From: Candidatus Omnitrophota bacterium
Lineage (GTDB): Bacteria; Omnitrophota; Gorgyraeia; Zapsychrales; JBAZNR01
Direction of reading: 5' to 3'
Assembly: GCA_041649175.1 (NCBI GenBank)
Contig: JBAZNR010000001.1
Coordinates: 783,497-847,496, forward strand
DNA length: 64,000 bases
Part shown: piece by piece, positions 18,958-29,482 of the stretch
Numbering within the stretch: position 1 is the stretch's first letter
Layout: every line of letters begins with the position of its first letter
The notes under the pieces: generated by a model
The model's input: only the letters and a program-made list of their open reading frames with translations
Database searches by the model: none
What the model was told of the DNA's origin: nothing
Made by a program: the position numbers and the translations under genes

Positions 18958-19692
18958 ATGCAAGAAATCACACTAGAGGCACATGTACGAACTGCGATCG
19001 GGACAAGAAAAACAAAACAACTTCGTCGGGAAGATTTTATTCCGGCGGTTGTGTATGGTGAACGGAAGAAAACCGTTGCCATTCAGCTAGACCGAAAAAC
19101 CTTTGAACGCATCGAGCGGCTTCATCATGGGGAAAACATCATCTTGAGCTTAAACGTTATTGATGATGATAAAAAGGTCAAAGATTATTCGGCGATCGTT
19201 AAAGATACCCAGCGCGATCCTGTTTCGGGGCGCATTTTACATCTCGATCTGCATCACATTTCCTTGACCAAAGAAATTGAGGTTAAGGTCCCTATCGTTG
19301 CCAAGGGCGAGCCGGTCGGTGTCAAACAAGACGGCGGTTCTTTGGACCATCTTTTGTGGGAATTAGGCGTTATCTGTTTACCCACCAAGATCCCTCATCA
19401 CATCGAAGTCGATGTCAGTAGTTTAAAGATTAAAGATGTTATTCATGTTAAAGATATTGCGTTACCGGAAGGGGTCAAAACAAAACAAGATCCCGATACG
19501 ATCGTGTTTGCGGTTGTTCCTCCGATGAAAGAAGTGACACCTGAAGAAGCTGCTGCGGCCGCGACACAAGCTGAGCCGGAAGTTCTTAAAGAGAAGAAAG
19601 AAGATCCAGCCGCTGCGAAAACAGCTGCCGGTGATAAAGAGAAAAAGCCCGCGGAAGAAAAGCCTAAGGCCGAAAAATCAGAAGGTAAATAA
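18958..19692 (+). CDS. rplY: ribosomal protein L25 / general stress protein Ctc with a lysine/glutamate-rich C-terminal tail
   Basis: An L25 fold N-terminus (RKTKQLRREDFIPAVVYG) and an acidic/basic tail. Confidence 0.8.
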   Translation: MQEITLEAHVRTAIGTRKTKQLRREDFIPAVVYGERKKTVAIQLDRKTFERIERLHHGENIILSLNVIDDDKKVKDYSAIVKDTQRDPVSGRILHLDLHHISLTKEIEVKVPIVAKGEPVGVKQDGGSLDHLLWELGVICLPTKIPHHIEVDVSSLKIKDVIHVKDIALPEGVKTKQDPDTIVFAVVPPMKEVTPEEAAAAATQAEPEVLKEKKEDPAAAKTAAGDKEKKPAEEKPKAEKSEGK

Positions 19693-19697
19693 AATTA

Positions 19698-20279
19698 GTG
19701 TCCGCTCGTCTTGTTATTGGTTTAGGCAATCCCGGCAAAGAATATGAAGATACGCGGCATAATTTAGGTTTTCGCGTTGTTACAAAATTAGCCGAGAAAT
19801 ACGAAGCACGGTTCGCGAAAAGCGTTCTTTTAAAAGGTTCTCTGGCTAAAGGTGAAACACAGCAAGGCAAAGCTTATTTTTTTATGCCGTTGACGTATAT
19901 GAACAATTCAGGTATTGCTGTTACCAAAGCTGTTCATTGGCGCAATGTTGCTCTTGAAGATATTTTGGTTGTTTGCGATGATCTTAATCTTGATTTTGGA
20001 AAAATTCGCCTACGCCTTCAAGGCAGTGACGGCGGACACAATGGCCTGCGTTCTATCAAGGAGCATCTTAAGACGAATGAATTTGCTCGTCTGCGTTTAG
20101 GGATCGGCGGGCCGTCAAACAAGGGCGAGACAGCCGAATTTGTTCTTTCCAAATTTACCAGCGAAGAAAAAAAAGGGTTGAAAGATTTTGTCGACCAAGC
20201 CGTCGACTGTTGTAGTTTGTGGCTAGAAGGACATGTTAATCAAGCGATGAATCAATTTAACAAAAAGGGAGAGCGATGA
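19698..20279 (+). CDS. pth: peptidyl-tRNA hydrolase
   Basis: The LVIGLGNPG...TRHN signature, with a GTG start. Confidence 0.85.
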   Translation: MSARLVIGLGNPGKEYEDTRHNLGFRVVTKLAEKYEARFAKSVLLKGSLAKGETQQGKAYFFMPLTYMNNSGIAVTKAVHWRNVALEDILVVCDDLNLDFGKIRLRLQGSDGGHNGLRSIKEHLKTNEFARLRLGIGGPSNKGETAEFVLSKFTSEEKKGLKDFVDQAVDCCSLWLEGHVNQAMNQFNKKGER

Positions 20280-20560
20280 ATAAGTACGAATTGGTAGTGA
20301 TTGTTAAAGCGCAAATGCCGCAAGAGGCCAAAGAGGCAATAGCGAAATATGCCTGCGATGCTATTTCTAAAAACGGCGGTAAGGTGATCAATAGCCAGGT
20401 TTGGCTGGAAAAACACAAGCTGGCGTTTAGCATCAAGAAATGTTTAGAAGCTACATTTTATCTTATTAAGTTTGACGCACCTACAGCGGCCATCATAAAA
20501 GCAAAACAACTTCTGCGCATGAACGAAGAAATTTTGCGGTTTATGTTCACCAAAATATAA
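20276..20560 (+). CDS. rpsF: 30S ribosomal protein S6
   Basis: MNKYELVVIV and its position in the conserved rpsF-ssb-rpsR cluster. Confidence 0.8.
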   Translation: MNKYELVVIVKAQMPQEAKEAIAKYACDAISKNGGKVINSQVWLEKHKLAFSIKKCLEATFYLIKFDAPTAAIIKAKQLLRMNEEILRFMFTKI

Positions 20561-20581
20561 TTTTGTTACGGAGGGATCCCC

Positions 20582-21025
20582 ATGGCTAGTTTAAATAAAG
20601 TTCTTCTCATCGGTAATCTGACCCGCGACCCGGAATTGCGCTATACGCCGTCGGGTGTTGCGGTCGTTAATTTGCGTTTAGCGATCAATCGGAAATATAA
20701 GGATAAAACGGGAGAAATGAAAGAAGAAGTTTGTTTTATCACCGCGACCGCCTGGGACAGACAGGCTGAAGTCTGTAACCAATATTTGCAAAAGGGCCGT
20801 CCTGTTTTCATTGAAGGAAGGTTGCAATCGCGTTCATGGGAAGGAACGGATGGACAAAAAAAATCCGTTATTGAGGTTCGTGCCGAACGAATTCAGTTTT
20901 TGGGTGGTAAAGATACCGGCGCTCCTGCGGCCGGCGCAGATGAAGAAGCTCCAGCCGATCATTCTTCTCCGGCGGACAGCAAAACAGAGAGCGCTTCGTG
21001 GAATGAAGAAGAAGGCGCTGGATAA
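20582..21025 (+). CDS. ssb: single-stranded DNA-binding protein
   Basis: The LNKVLLIGNLTRDPELRYTPSG OB-fold N-terminus and an acidic C-terminal tail. Confidence 0.9.
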   Translation: MASLNKVLLIGNLTRDPELRYTPSGVAVVNLRLAINRKYKDKTGEMKEEVCFITATAWDRQAEVCNQYLQKGRPVFIEGRLQSRSWEGTDGQKKSVIEVRAERIQFLGGKDTGAPAAGADEEAPADHSSPADSKTESASWNEEEGAG

Positions 21026-21092
21026 AGTTTTTTACTTGAAAGCACCATAACGCATTATCATCGAAAAGATATTTAAGAAAGGTTGGAGGAAC

Positions 21093-21407
21093 GTGGAAAG
21101 AAAAAAGGTTGAAAAGTCAGAAAAGGCAGAACGCGCAGAACGCGCAGAACGCACAGAAAGAAATCAACAAGACAGAGAGCGGCGCCAGGTGAAATTCCAG
21201 ATCGCTAAAGGCACCAGCATTGATTATAAACAATTTAATGTTATCCAAAAATATGTTTCCGGACGTGGAAAAATATTTTCTCGGCGTGTTACGGGTGTTT
21301 CCGCTAAACAACAAAGAGAAATTGTCCGCGCGATCAAAAAGGCAAGATTTTTAGGAGTGTTGTCCGGAAGCGCATATGCACCGCATACGCAAGGGAGCAG
21401 AGCATGA
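21093..21407 (+). CDS. rpsR: 30S ribosomal protein S18 with a repeat-containing N-terminal extension
   Basis: The S18 core (KFQIAKGTSIDYKQ...ISGRG...RAIKKARFLGVL) is preceded by KAERAERAERTER. The start codon is uncertain; GTG at 21093. Confidence 0.75.
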   Translation: MERKKVEKSEKAERAERAERTERNQQDRERRQVKFQIAKGTSIDYKQFNVIQKYVSGRGKIFSRRVTGVSAKQQREIVRAIKKARFLGVLSGSAYAPHTQGSRA

Positions 21408-21847
21408 ACGTTATTTTATCTCAAGATGTCCCCAAATTAGGGAAAGCCGGTGATGTTGTTAAGGTTAAAGATGGTTTTGCCCGCAACTTTCTTATTCCGG
21501 GAAAGCTTGGCATGATCGCTACCGCTGGGAATTTGAAAAGAGTTGAGCAGGATAAAAGCCGAAGGATTTTGTTGGAATCCAAACAAGAGCAAGAAGCTCA
21601 GGAATTAGCTAAAAAATTAGCTAATGTGTCCTGCACGATCATGGTGGAAGTTAATGACCTTGATAGGCTTTATGGTTCCGTTACCGAGGTTGATATTGCA
21701 AAAACTTTGGAAGCTGAAGGTTATACGGTTGATAAAAAAGCGATCGTGATCGAAAAGCCCATTGAAGAATTAGGGATTTACGAGATCGGCGTTACGCTTC
21801 ATCCCAAAGTGACCGGCAAAATAAGGCTTTGGGTTACAAAAAAATAA
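21404..21847 (+). CDS. rplI: 50S ribosomal protein L9
   Basis: MNVILSQDVPKLGKAGDVVKVKDGFARNFLIP. Confidence 0.9.
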   Translation: MNVILSQDVPKLGKAGDVVKVKDGFARNFLIPGKLGMIATAGNLKRVEQDKSRRILLESKQEQEAQELAKKLANVSCTIMVEVNDLDRLYGSVTEVDIAKTLEAEGYTVDKKAIVIEKPIEELGIYEIGVTLHPKVTGKIRLWVTKK

Positions 21848-21869
21848 GTATCAGTAAGCTTGTTGCTCT

Positions 21870-23204
21870 ATGATCACAAATCAGGATATTAAAGTCCCTC
21901 CGCAAAATCTCGAGGCTGAAAAGTCTGTGTTAGGCGCTATGCTCATTGACGCTGAGGCCATCGGCGTTTCCGTCGAGATCATCGATCAATCCTGCTTTTA
22001 TGAAGAAGCCCACCGCCAGATCTTTGAGGTTATGATCAAGCTTTATAATGAACATAAGAATGTTGATCTGATCACTTTAACCGATGAATTAAAAAGCGAA
22101 GGCGCTTTAGATTCCGTCGGGGGCGCCAGCTATATTGCCCAATTGATCGATTTTGTCCCTACCTCAGCGAACATTGAATATTACGCACACATTGTTAAAG
22201 AAAAAAGCGTACAGCGTATGCTTATTAAAAACGCGACCCAGATCGTTACGGAAGGTTATGAAGTAACCAGCGATATCGATGAGTTGGTAGACCGTGCCGA
22301 AAAACTTATTTTTGAGATCGCCGATCTTAAACAGCGCCAGAAAGCCATTCACATCAAGGATCTTATCAAGGAAAGCATTGAAACTATTGATCGGCTTTAT
22401 CAGCGCAAAGAACACGTGACCGGAATTTCAACGGGATTTAGGGAATTTGATGATAAAACATCCGGGCTTCAAAGATCGGACTTGATCATTATTGCGGGCC
22501 GGCCTTCTATGGGAAAAAGCGCCTTAGCTGTTTCGATGGCTGAATATGCCGCGCTTGAGAAAAATGTTCCGGTGGCGTTTTTCAGCTTGGAAATGTCTAA
22601 AGAACAGCTGGTCCAAAGACTTTTATGTTCGCACGCGCGAGTAGATGCCCACAAAGTGCGTTCAGGATTTTTGTCTCCGTCCGACTGGCCGAAATTAACG
22701 GCTGCCGCCGGAAAATTATCGGCCGCGCCGATCTTTATTGATGATACGCCGGCCATATCCGCTTTGGAATTGCGCGCCAAGGCCCGGAGACTTAAGATGA
22801 ATTATGATATCAAGATGATCGTTTTGGATTATCTTCAGTTGATGCGCAGTTCGCAAAGGGTAGAAAGCCGCCAGCAGGAAATTTCTGAAATTTCCCGCTC
22901 TATTAAGGCCTTGGCGCGCGAGTTAGATATCCCTATTATTGCTATCAGTCAGTTATCGCGCGCGGTGGAAAGCCGCCAAGACCATCGGCCGCAGCTTTCC
23001 GATTTACGCGAGTCCGGCGCCATTGAGCAAGATGCTGATTTGGTCGTTCTTCTCATGCGCGAAGAATACTATAATCCTACCGATGAGAACAAAGGTGTTG
23101 CCGATTGTATCATCGCCAAGCAAAGAAACGGCCCCGTAGGAACCGTTAAGCTATCGTTCATTAAAGAGTATATGCGTTTTGAAAATTTAGCTCGAAGTGA
23201 ATAA
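21870..23204 (+). CDS. dnaB: replicative DNA helicase
   Basis: The PQNLEAEKSVLGAML N-terminus and the Walker A motif GRPSMGKSA. Confidence 0.9.
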   Translation: MITNQDIKVPPQNLEAEKSVLGAMLIDAEAIGVSVEIIDQSCFYEEAHRQIFEVMIKLYNEHKNVDLITLTDELKSEGALDSVGGASYIAQLIDFVPTSANIEYYAHIVKEKSVQRMLIKNATQIVTEGYEVTSDIDELVDRAEKLIFEIADLKQRQKAIHIKDLIKESIETIDRLYQRKEHVTGISTGFREFDDKTSGLQRSDLIIIAGRPSMGKSALAVSMAEYAALEKNVPVAFFSLEMSKEQLVQRLLCSHARVDAHKVRSGFLSPSDWPKLTAAAGKLSAAPIFIDDTPAISALELRAKARRLKMNYDIKMIVLDYLQLMRSSQRVESRQQEISEISRSIKALARELDIPIIAISQLSRAVESRQDHRPQLSDLRESGAIEQDADLVVLLMREEYYNPTDENKGVADCIIAKQRNGPVGTVKLSFIKEYMRFENLARSE

Positions 23205-23231
23205 AATCAGAAAATTTCGTTTAAGAACGTG

Positions 23232-23260
23232 TTGACAGCCGCTGGTCTTACATTTATAAT
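23232..23260 (+). promoter_or_regulatory. consensus sigma70 promoter (TTGACA-17-TATAAT). Its -10 box ends 6 nt before the bamA ATG, so the transcript may be leaderless.
   Basis: Exact consensus hexamers with a 17-nt spacer. The bamA ATG at 23267 is where transcription would start. Confidence 0.55.
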
Positions 23261-23266
23261 CAAACA

Positions 23267-25702
23267 ATGCTAAATAAAATATTTTCCTTATTATGTGTGT
23301 TTTTGGCAGGTGTTTTAGTCCTCCCGATTTCCGCACAACCAGTTGAAGATGAAGCGCAAGTTCAAGAAGAGCAAGCCATTGCGCCGCTTTCCGATGGCTT
23401 AAAGCAAGAAGTTTCCCTGAACACAAAGCTTTCGCTGTCTCCTGAAGAGGCGCCGGCCGCGCAAGAACCCGTCGTCCCGGCAGAAAATAAGATCGTTAAA
23501 GTCATTGAGATCAAGGGCAATAAGACTATCAGTCTCTCTATTATCCTTTCCAAGGTTAAAACGCGCGTTGGGCAAGAATACCTTCAGAATGTAGTGAGCG
23601 ATGATCTAAAGAGGCTTTATAATTCCGGGTATTTTTCTGATGTTAGCGTTGACCATCAGGATTATGAAGACGGTTTTAGGGTCGTTTTTTATGTTACTGA
23701 AAAGCCGATCATCGAGAAGATCACGTTTTCTAAAACCCGCCAATTTAATTCAAAAGCATTCCTCCCGAAGATCAAAACTAAGGAAGGGAAATTCCTTGAT
23801 AATAAGATCTTAAAAGACGATATCGATACCATCAAAGATCTCTATATTAAAAAAGGCCTTACCAATGTTTCTGTTGAAGCTGAGACTTCTGTTGACGAAA
23901 CGACGCATAAAGCCAAGTTGCATTTCATCATTCAAGAAGGTGACCGTGTTAAGATCGCCAAGATCAATGTAATCGGCAATAGCGCGTTTACTTCAAAGCG
24001 GATCATTAAGCTTATCAAAACCCGGTCCGCATGGTTGTTTAATTCCGGCTACTTAAAAGATGAGATCCTTGATGAAGATATGGACCGCATTAAAAGTTTT
24101 TATGAACGGGAAGGTTTTATCGATATCAAAGCAGATTACGCCCTCGATTATCAAGAAAAAGGGCGCCTGATCGTCAATATTAACGTTGAAGAGGGCAATC
24201 GTTATTATACGGGTAAAATCCTTGTTAAGGGCGCGACGATTCTATCCCAAGAAGAGATCTTGGCTAAAATGAAAGAGATCAAGGTGGGGCATATTTTTAG
24301 CCGTGAAAAACTTGATCTTGATGTTGATGAAATTCGTTCCGCCTATTTCGATAAAGGGTATATTTTTGCCAATATCGAGAAAACAACTTCGCTTAATCCC
24401 GAAACCGGCAAGGTAGAAATTGCTTTAGATGTCCATGAAGGCGAACTGGCGTACGTGAACAGAGTAAAAGTTCAAGGCAATACGCGCACGCGCGATATCG
24501 TTGTTCGCCGAGAATTAAGAATGAATCCGGGCGACAGATTTGACGGAGAGAAATTGCGCCGCAGTAAAGAGCGCCTGCGCAATCTAGGGTATTTTGAGGA
24601 TATTAATTACGACATTGAAGACACCGATGTCGCGAACAAAAAAGACTTGGTGGTTCAAGTCCAGGAAGCCAAGACGGGAAATTTAAGTTTTGGCGGCGGA
24701 TATAGCACCATTGACCAATTGGTCGGTTTTGTTGAGATCGAACAGAAGAATTTTGATTTTACCAATTGGCCTACCTTTACCGGCGGTGGACAGAATTTGG
24801 TCATTCATGCCGAAACGGGTTCCGTGCGCAATAATCAACGCTTAAGTTTTACCGAACCGTGGCTTTTCGATTATCCTATTTCCGGCGGTTTTGATCTTTA
24901 CCGTATGCAACACTCGCGAGAACGTGATGTTGGCTATGCCTATGATGAGCGTACCGTCGGAGGCGATATTCGTTTTGGCAAGCAATTATCGGAATATTTA
25001 AGCGCTTCCACAAGCTATAAATTGGAAAATATCAAGATCAGCAATCTTGAAGAAGGCGTGAGTTCTGAGCTGGCGCGTGAAGTCGGAGAAAATACGATCA
25101 GTACGATGAGTTTTGGATTGGCGCATGACGGACGTGATAATGTTTTTAATCCGAGCAAGGGCCTGTACACCAGCGGTACGGTTGATGTCGCCGGTGGGTT
25201 ATTTGCCGGAGATAAAGATTTCGTCCGGTTTCAAACGAAGACAAGCTATGATATTCCGATGATGTACGGCTCGGTTCTGGAGTTTCGATTAAGGACCGGA
25301 TTTGCGGACGCGTACGGAGATTCAGATTTCGTTCCGATCTATGAGCGATTTTTCGCCGGCGGCGCTTATTCGATCCGCGGATACAATGAACGCAAAGTCG
25401 GCCCCTTGGATTCCGCAACGAATGACCCTATCGGCGGTGAGAGCATGTTCATCGGTAACATCGAATATACGATTCCTCTGGTTGATTTTATCCGGGTCGC
25501 TGGATTTTTTGACACCGGTAATGTATGGTCCAAGATCGATGATTTTGCGTCGGGCGACCTTAAATCTGGCGCTGGGTTAGGCTTGAGAGTTAAAACGCCC
25601 ATTGGCCCCATCAATCTTGATTATGGTTATCCTTTAAGTGATGAACCGGGAGAAGAAAGCCGTTCCGGGAAATTTTATTTTAGCGTGAGCCGCGGGTTTT
25701 AG
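23267..25702 (+). CDS. bamA: outer membrane protein assembly factor BamA (Omp85)
   Basis: A signal peptide, repeated POTRA-like segments and a C-terminal Omp85 beta-barrel ending in GKFYFSVSRGF. Confidence 0.85.
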   Translation: MLNKIFSLLCVFLAGVLVLPISAQPVEDEAQVQEEQAIAPLSDGLKQEVSLNTKLSLSPEEAPAAQEPVVPAENKIVKVIEIKGNKTISLSIILSKVKTRVGQEYLQNVVSDDLKRLYNSGYFSDVSVDHQDYEDGFRVVFYVTEKPIIEKITFSKTRQFNSKAFLPKIKTKEGKFLDNKILKDDIDTIKDLYIKKGLTNVSVEAETSVDETTHKAKLHFIIQEGDRVKIAKINVIGNSAFTSKRIIKLIKTRSAWLFNSGYLKDEILDEDMDRIKSFYEREGFIDIKADYALDYQEKGRLIVNINVEEGNRYYTGKILVKGATILSQEEILAKMKEIKVGHIFSREKLDLDVDEIRSAYFDKGYIFANIEKTTSLNPETGKVEIALDVHEGELAYVNRVKVQGNTRTRDIVVRRELRMNPGDRFDGEKLRRSKERLRNLGYFEDINYDIEDTDVANKKDLVVQVQEAKTGNLSFGGGYSTIDQLVGFVEIEQKNFDFTNWPTFTGGGQNLVIHAETGSVRNNQRLSFTEPWLFDYPISGGFDLYRMQHSRERDVGYAYDERTVGGDIRFGKQLSEYLSASTSYKLENIKISNLEEGVSSELAREVGENTISTMSFGLAHDGRDNVFNPSKGLYTSGTVDVAGGLFAGDKDFVRFQTKTSYDIPMMYGSVLEFRLRTGFADAYGDSDFVPIYERFFAGGAYSIRGYNERKVGPLDSATNDPIGGESMFIGNIEYTIPLVDFIRVAGFFDTGNVWSKIDDFASGDLKSGAGLGLRVKTPIGPINLDYGYPLSDEPGEESRSGKFYFSVSRGF

Positions 25703-25732
25703 CGGCTAAAAGAACAAGAAAGGGAGAATTTT

Positions 25733-26254
25733 ATGAAACGGTTAATGAGTGTTGTGGTCATGGGATGTTTGATATTGTCTTTTGCGTCGGGTGTTTATGC
25801 CCAAGAAGCCGCTCAGGTTAAAATGGGCTATGTGGACCTAGGGCGGATCTTTGATGAATACGGCAAAACTAAAGAATATGATGAGAGCTTAGCGAAAAAG
25901 CAGACCGAATTCCAAAACGAGTATAATAAAAGAGCGCAAAAAGTTACCGAGGAAACGGGAAAGCTCAATGTTTTGAAAGAGGATGAAAAAAATAAACTGC
26001 AAACTCAAATTGATAAGGAAACAGCGGACTTAAGAGAATATGGACGTCTTAATTCCACGGATCTTAAAAAAGAACGTGATGAAAGAATAAAAGAGATTCT
26101 TATGGATATCGAAAAAGTTGTTAAGGGTTACGCCGAAAAAGAAGGCTATACTGTCATTCTTAATGACCGGGTTCTTATTTACGGTAACCAGAGCTTAGAT
26201 GTGACGGATCAAGTCATCAAGCTTCTCAACGAAAAATATCCAGCCAAGAAATAA
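25733..26254 (+). CDS. skp: periplasmic chaperone Skp/OmpH
   Basis: A signal peptide, coiled-coil rich, about 170 aa, directly downstream of bamA. Confidence 0.7.
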   Translation: MKRLMSVVVMGCLILSFASGVYAQEAAQVKMGYVDLGRIFDEYGKTKEYDESLAKKQTEFQNEYNKRAQKVTEETGKLNVLKEDEKNKLQTQIDKETADLREYGRLNSTDLKKERDERIKEILMDIEKVVKGYAEKEGYTVILNDRVLIYGNQSLDVTDQVIKLLNEKYPAKK

Positions 26255-26273
26255 TCGATCTTAAGGTATTTTC

Positions 26274-27317
26274 ATGCGTAAAACCCTGGGAGAGATAGCT
26301 AAGCTCGTTAAGGGTGAGGTTGTCGGCGATAAGAATATTGTTGTGACCGGGCTTTGCGGAATTAAAGAAGCCCAAGAGGGAGACCTCACATTTATTGCTA
26401 ATCCAAAGTATTTTTCTCTGATTGGCACGACAAAAGCATCGGCAATTCTTGCGCCCCGCTCGACAGAAAAAACTTCCAAACCGCTTATCCTGGTTGATAA
26501 TCCGTCCTTAGCGTTTACAAAAATTCTTTCTGCATGTGTTGATCTGCCCAAAAGTCAAAAAGCAGGGATCCATAAAACGGCCATTATCGATAAAACGGCA
26601 AAGATTGGTAAAGGGGTTTTTATCGGGCCGCATGTGATCGTGGAAGCAAAAGCAAAGATCGGTGATCATGCCGCTATCCACGCGGGATGTTTTATCGGTT
26701 ATGATGCGGCTGTTGGAAAAGATTGCCTTATTTATCCGCGTGTAACGATCAGGGAGCGAGTGACTATCGGTAACCGTGTCATTATTCATAGCGGAACGGT
26801 TGTAGGCTCTGATGGATTTGGATTTATTGATGTTGAAGGTATCCATGAAAAAATTCCTCAAATCGGAACAGTGATTATTGAGGATGACGTGGAAATTGGC
26901 GCTAATGCTGCTATCGACCGCGCCCGTTTTGACAAGACATTGATCGGCCGCGGGACCAAGGTTGATAACCTTGTCCACATTGCCCACAATGTGATCATTG
27001 GAGAACATTGTCTTATCTTGGCACAAGTTGGGATATCGGGTAGTGTTACCGTCGAGAAAAAAGCTATTTTAGCCGGTCAAGCCGGGTTGGCCGGGCACCT
27101 AACGATCGGTGAGGGTGCTATTGTTGCCGCGCAAGCGGGTGTCACAAAATCGGTGGCGGCCCATACCATGGTATCGGGTTATCCGGCTAAACCGCATGAT
27201 GAGGCAAAAAAAGTCAACGCCCATCTCCAAAGATTGCCCCATTATGTGGAAACGATCAATGAATTGAAGAAACACATTCAAGCTTTAGAAGCAAAGATCG
27301 ATCAATCCGGAAAATAA
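26274..27317 (+). CDS. lpxD: UDP-3-O-(3-hydroxyacyl)glucosamine N-acyltransferase
   Basis: Left-handed beta-helix hexapeptide repeats. The N-terminus [15 protein letters not shown] is typical of LpxD. Confidence 0.85.
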   Translation: MRKTLGEIAKLVKGEVVGDKNIVVTGLCGIKEAQEGDLTFIANPKYFSLIGTTKASAILAPRSTEKTSKPLILVDNPSLAFTKILSACVDLPKSQKAGIHKTAIIDKTAKIGKGVFIGPHVIVEAKAKIGDHAAIHAGCFIGYDAAVGKDCLIYPRVTIRERVTIGNRVIIHSGTVVGSDGFGFIDVEGIHEKIPQIGTVIIEDDVEIGANAAIDRARFDKTLIGRGTKVDNLVHIAHNVIIGEHCLILAQVGISGSVTVEKKAILAGQAGLAGHLTIGEGAIVAAQAGVTKSVAAHTMVSGYPAKPHDEAKKVNAHLQRLPHYVETINELKKHIQALEAKIDQSGK

Positions 27318-27335
27318 TTTTTTTATAAATAATCT

Positions 27336-28673
27336 ATGGACGAAAAACAAAAAACGATTCAAAGCGAAGTTACCTTAGAAGGCGTGGGCCTTCATACGGG
27401 GCACAAAACAAAGGTCTGCCTTAAGCCCGCTGAAGTTGGTGCCGGTATTTGTTTTATTCGCACTGATCTACCCGGCTCTCCTAAGGTGAAGGCTGATTTT
27501 TCCAGTGTTGACCTAGCCGCGAAAGTTTCGCGATGCACGTCGATCGGCGCCGGAGAAGAAACCATCTATACGATAGAACATTTGATGTCGGTTCTATGCG
27601 GGCTCGGTATTGATAATTTAACGATAGAGATCAACGGCAATGAAGTTCCGGGAATGGACGGCAGCGCGACTTTCTTTTTGAACGCGGTTAAGAAATCCGG
27701 TGTTGTCGAGCAAGCTGTTTCTCGAAAATATTGCGAAATAAAGGAACCGCTTTGGGTCGAGCGTAACGGCTGTTCTCTTTTGGCTATTCCGGCCTCAGAT
27801 TTTAAAATATCGTACACGTTAGATTACAGTGATTTTAGAGTGCCGCCTCAATTTTTTAGCCTTGACGTTAATCAACAAACCTTTGAGCAAGAGATCGCGC
27901 CTTGCCGTACGTTTTGCATGGAAAAAGAAGTGGAACAGCTTAAAGCGCTGGGCTTAGGCAAGGGCGCTAATTACGAAAATACGCTTGTCGTCGGAGAAAA
28001 AGGAGTTGTGAATAATAAACTTCGTTTTGAAAATGAATTTGCCCGCCACAAAGTCCTTGATCTGATCGGAGACCTGTATTTATTAGGCCAGCCGATCAAA
28101 GGGCATATCTTTGCCGTAAAAAGCGGGCACACGCTGAACCTGCAGCTTTTAAAAAAGATATTTGATCAAAGTAAAAAAACGCAAGAGTCAGCACCGGATC
28201 ACCATTTTCCGAGCGAATTGGTTAATGCCACGCAGTTTAATATTGATGGCATCATGAAAATCCTTCCGCATCGTTATCCGTTTCTTTTGGTGGATAGGGT
28301 TTTGCAAGTTGAACCGGGAAAACGCGCGGTGGCGGTTAAAAATGTTACGTTCAATGAAAATTTCTTTCAGGGACATTTTCCGGCAAGGCCTATTATGCCG
28401 GGAGTTTTAATGGTGGAAGCCATGGCTCAAGTTGGTGGCATTGCAGTTTTAACCGATAAACAAAATCACGGAAAATTAGCGTTCTTTTTGTCAGCCGACA
28501 AAGTTAAATTCCGTAAAATCGTCAGTCCCGGCGATCAGCTGGTCATGGAAGTTGATGTGATCCGCAATAAGGCTAAATTTGCCCAGGTGCGCGGCGTTGG
28601 CAAGGTTAACGGAGAAATTGTGGTGGAGGCAGATCTTGTTTTTTCTTTTACCGACGGGACATATTTAGGTTAA
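27336..28673 (+). CDS. lpxC: bifunctional UDP-3-O-acyl-GlcNAc deacetylase LpxC / 3-hydroxyacyl-ACP dehydratase FabZ fusion
   Basis: An LpxC N-terminal ~280 aa ([15 protein letters not shown]) followed by a FabZ hot-dog domain (FQGHFP...PGVL). Confidence 0.85.
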   Translation: MDEKQKTIQSEVTLEGVGLHTGHKTKVCLKPAEVGAGICFIRTDLPGSPKVKADFSSVDLAAKVSRCTSIGAGEETIYTIEHLMSVLCGLGIDNLTIEINGNEVPGMDGSATFFLNAVKKSGVVEQAVSRKYCEIKEPLWVERNGCSLLAIPASDFKISYTLDYSDFRVPPQFFSLDVNQQTFEQEIAPCRTFCMEKEVEQLKALGLGKGANYENTLVVGEKGVVNNKLRFENEFARHKVLDLIGDLYLLGQPIKGHIFAVKSGHTLNLQLLKKIFDQSKKTQESAPDHHFPSELVNATQFNIDGIMKILPHRYPFLLVDRVLQVEPGKRAVAVKNVTFNENFFQGHFPARPIMPGVLMVEAMAQVGGIAVLTDKQNHGKLAFFLSADKVKFRKIVSPGDQLVMEVDVIRNKAKFAQVRGVGKVNGEIVVEADLVFSFTDGTYLG

Positions 28674-28678
28674 ATAGA

Positions 28679-29452
28679 ATGAATATCCATCCAACAGCCA
28701 TTGTTCACTCTAAAGCCCAATTAGGAAAGAATGTTATCGTTGGCCCGTATTCTATCATTGAGGAAAATGTTGTTTTGGGCGATGATTGCATTGTTGGGAA
28801 CAATTGCCTTATTCGCGGTTACACAACTATCGGGAAGGGTTGCCAATTTTTTAGCGGAGCGGTTGTGGGGAGTATCCCTCAAGACAAAAAATTTAAAATA
28901 GATCAGAAAGTTTTCTTAGAGATCGGGCAAAATAACGTTTTTCGTGAATATATTACCGTTAATCCCGGAACAGGCGAAAACGGAAAAACGATCATTGGCA
29001 GTGATAATTTATTTATGGCCTATTGCCATATCGCGCATGATTGCTGTGTAGGAAATAATTGCGTTTTAGCCAATAATGCTACGTTAGCCGGCCATGTGAC
29101 CATTGAAGACGCGGCGGTTGTCGGAGGATTGGCGGCTATTCATCAGTTCGTTCGCGTCGGAAAACTCGCTATTATCGGCGGTTGCTCGAAAGTCGTTCAA
29201 GATATTCCTCCGTTTTCGATGTGCGACGGCCATCCGGCTAAGGTTTATGGCTTAAATAGCATTGGTTTAAAGCGCGCAAAGATCTCTTCCGAAACTCTTA
29301 GGGCATTGCACAAGGCGTTTAAGATCTTATTTCATTCCGGATTGATCAAGGTCCATGCCTTAGAAAAGATAGCGCAAGACATTAGATCTTGTCCGGAGAT
29401 AGATTATCTAGTCGATTTTACCAAGGCCTCTGCCCGGGGCTTGTGCAGTTAA
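28679..29452 (+). CDS. lpxA: acyl-ACP:UDP-N-acetylglucosamine O-acyltransferase
   Basis: MNIHPTAIV, hexapeptide repeats and the C-terminal helical domain. Confidence 0.85.
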   Translation: MNIHPTAIVHSKAQLGKNVIVGPYSIIEENVVLGDDCIVGNNCLIRGYTTIGKGCQFFSGAVVGSIPQDKKFKIDQKVFLEIGQNNVFREYITVNPGTGENGKTIIGSDNLFMAYCHIAHDCCVGNNCVLANNATLAGHVTIEDAAVVGGLAAIHQFVRVGKLAIIGGCSKVVQDIPPFSMCDGHPAKVYGLNSIGLKRAKISSETLRALHKAFKILFHSGLIKVHALEKIAQDIRSCPEIDYLVDFTKASARGLCS

Positions 29453-29482
29453 CGGTGGTTCATTCTTAACAGAAATATCCTT

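Noticed and set aside
20811-21050. + strand ORF overlapping the 3' end of ssb.
   Set aside because: It is an alternative frame of the ssb acidic tail region, with no independent support.
21126-21160. Possible CRISPR or other repeat arrays (KAERAE-coding repeats, RPxH repeats at about 50130-50220).
   Set aside because: They are short coding tandem repeats, not spacer-separated arrays. No CRISPR repeat-spacer structure exists anywhere in the window.
26508-27026. Long antisense ORFs inside lpxD, yacL (42048-42572), holB (46725-47279), pyrE (59871-60350), ispE (15873-16259) and others in the six-frame track.
   Set aside because: They are embedded opposite well-supported genes, lack RBSs and have low-complexity or odd composition. 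They are typical shadow ORFs.
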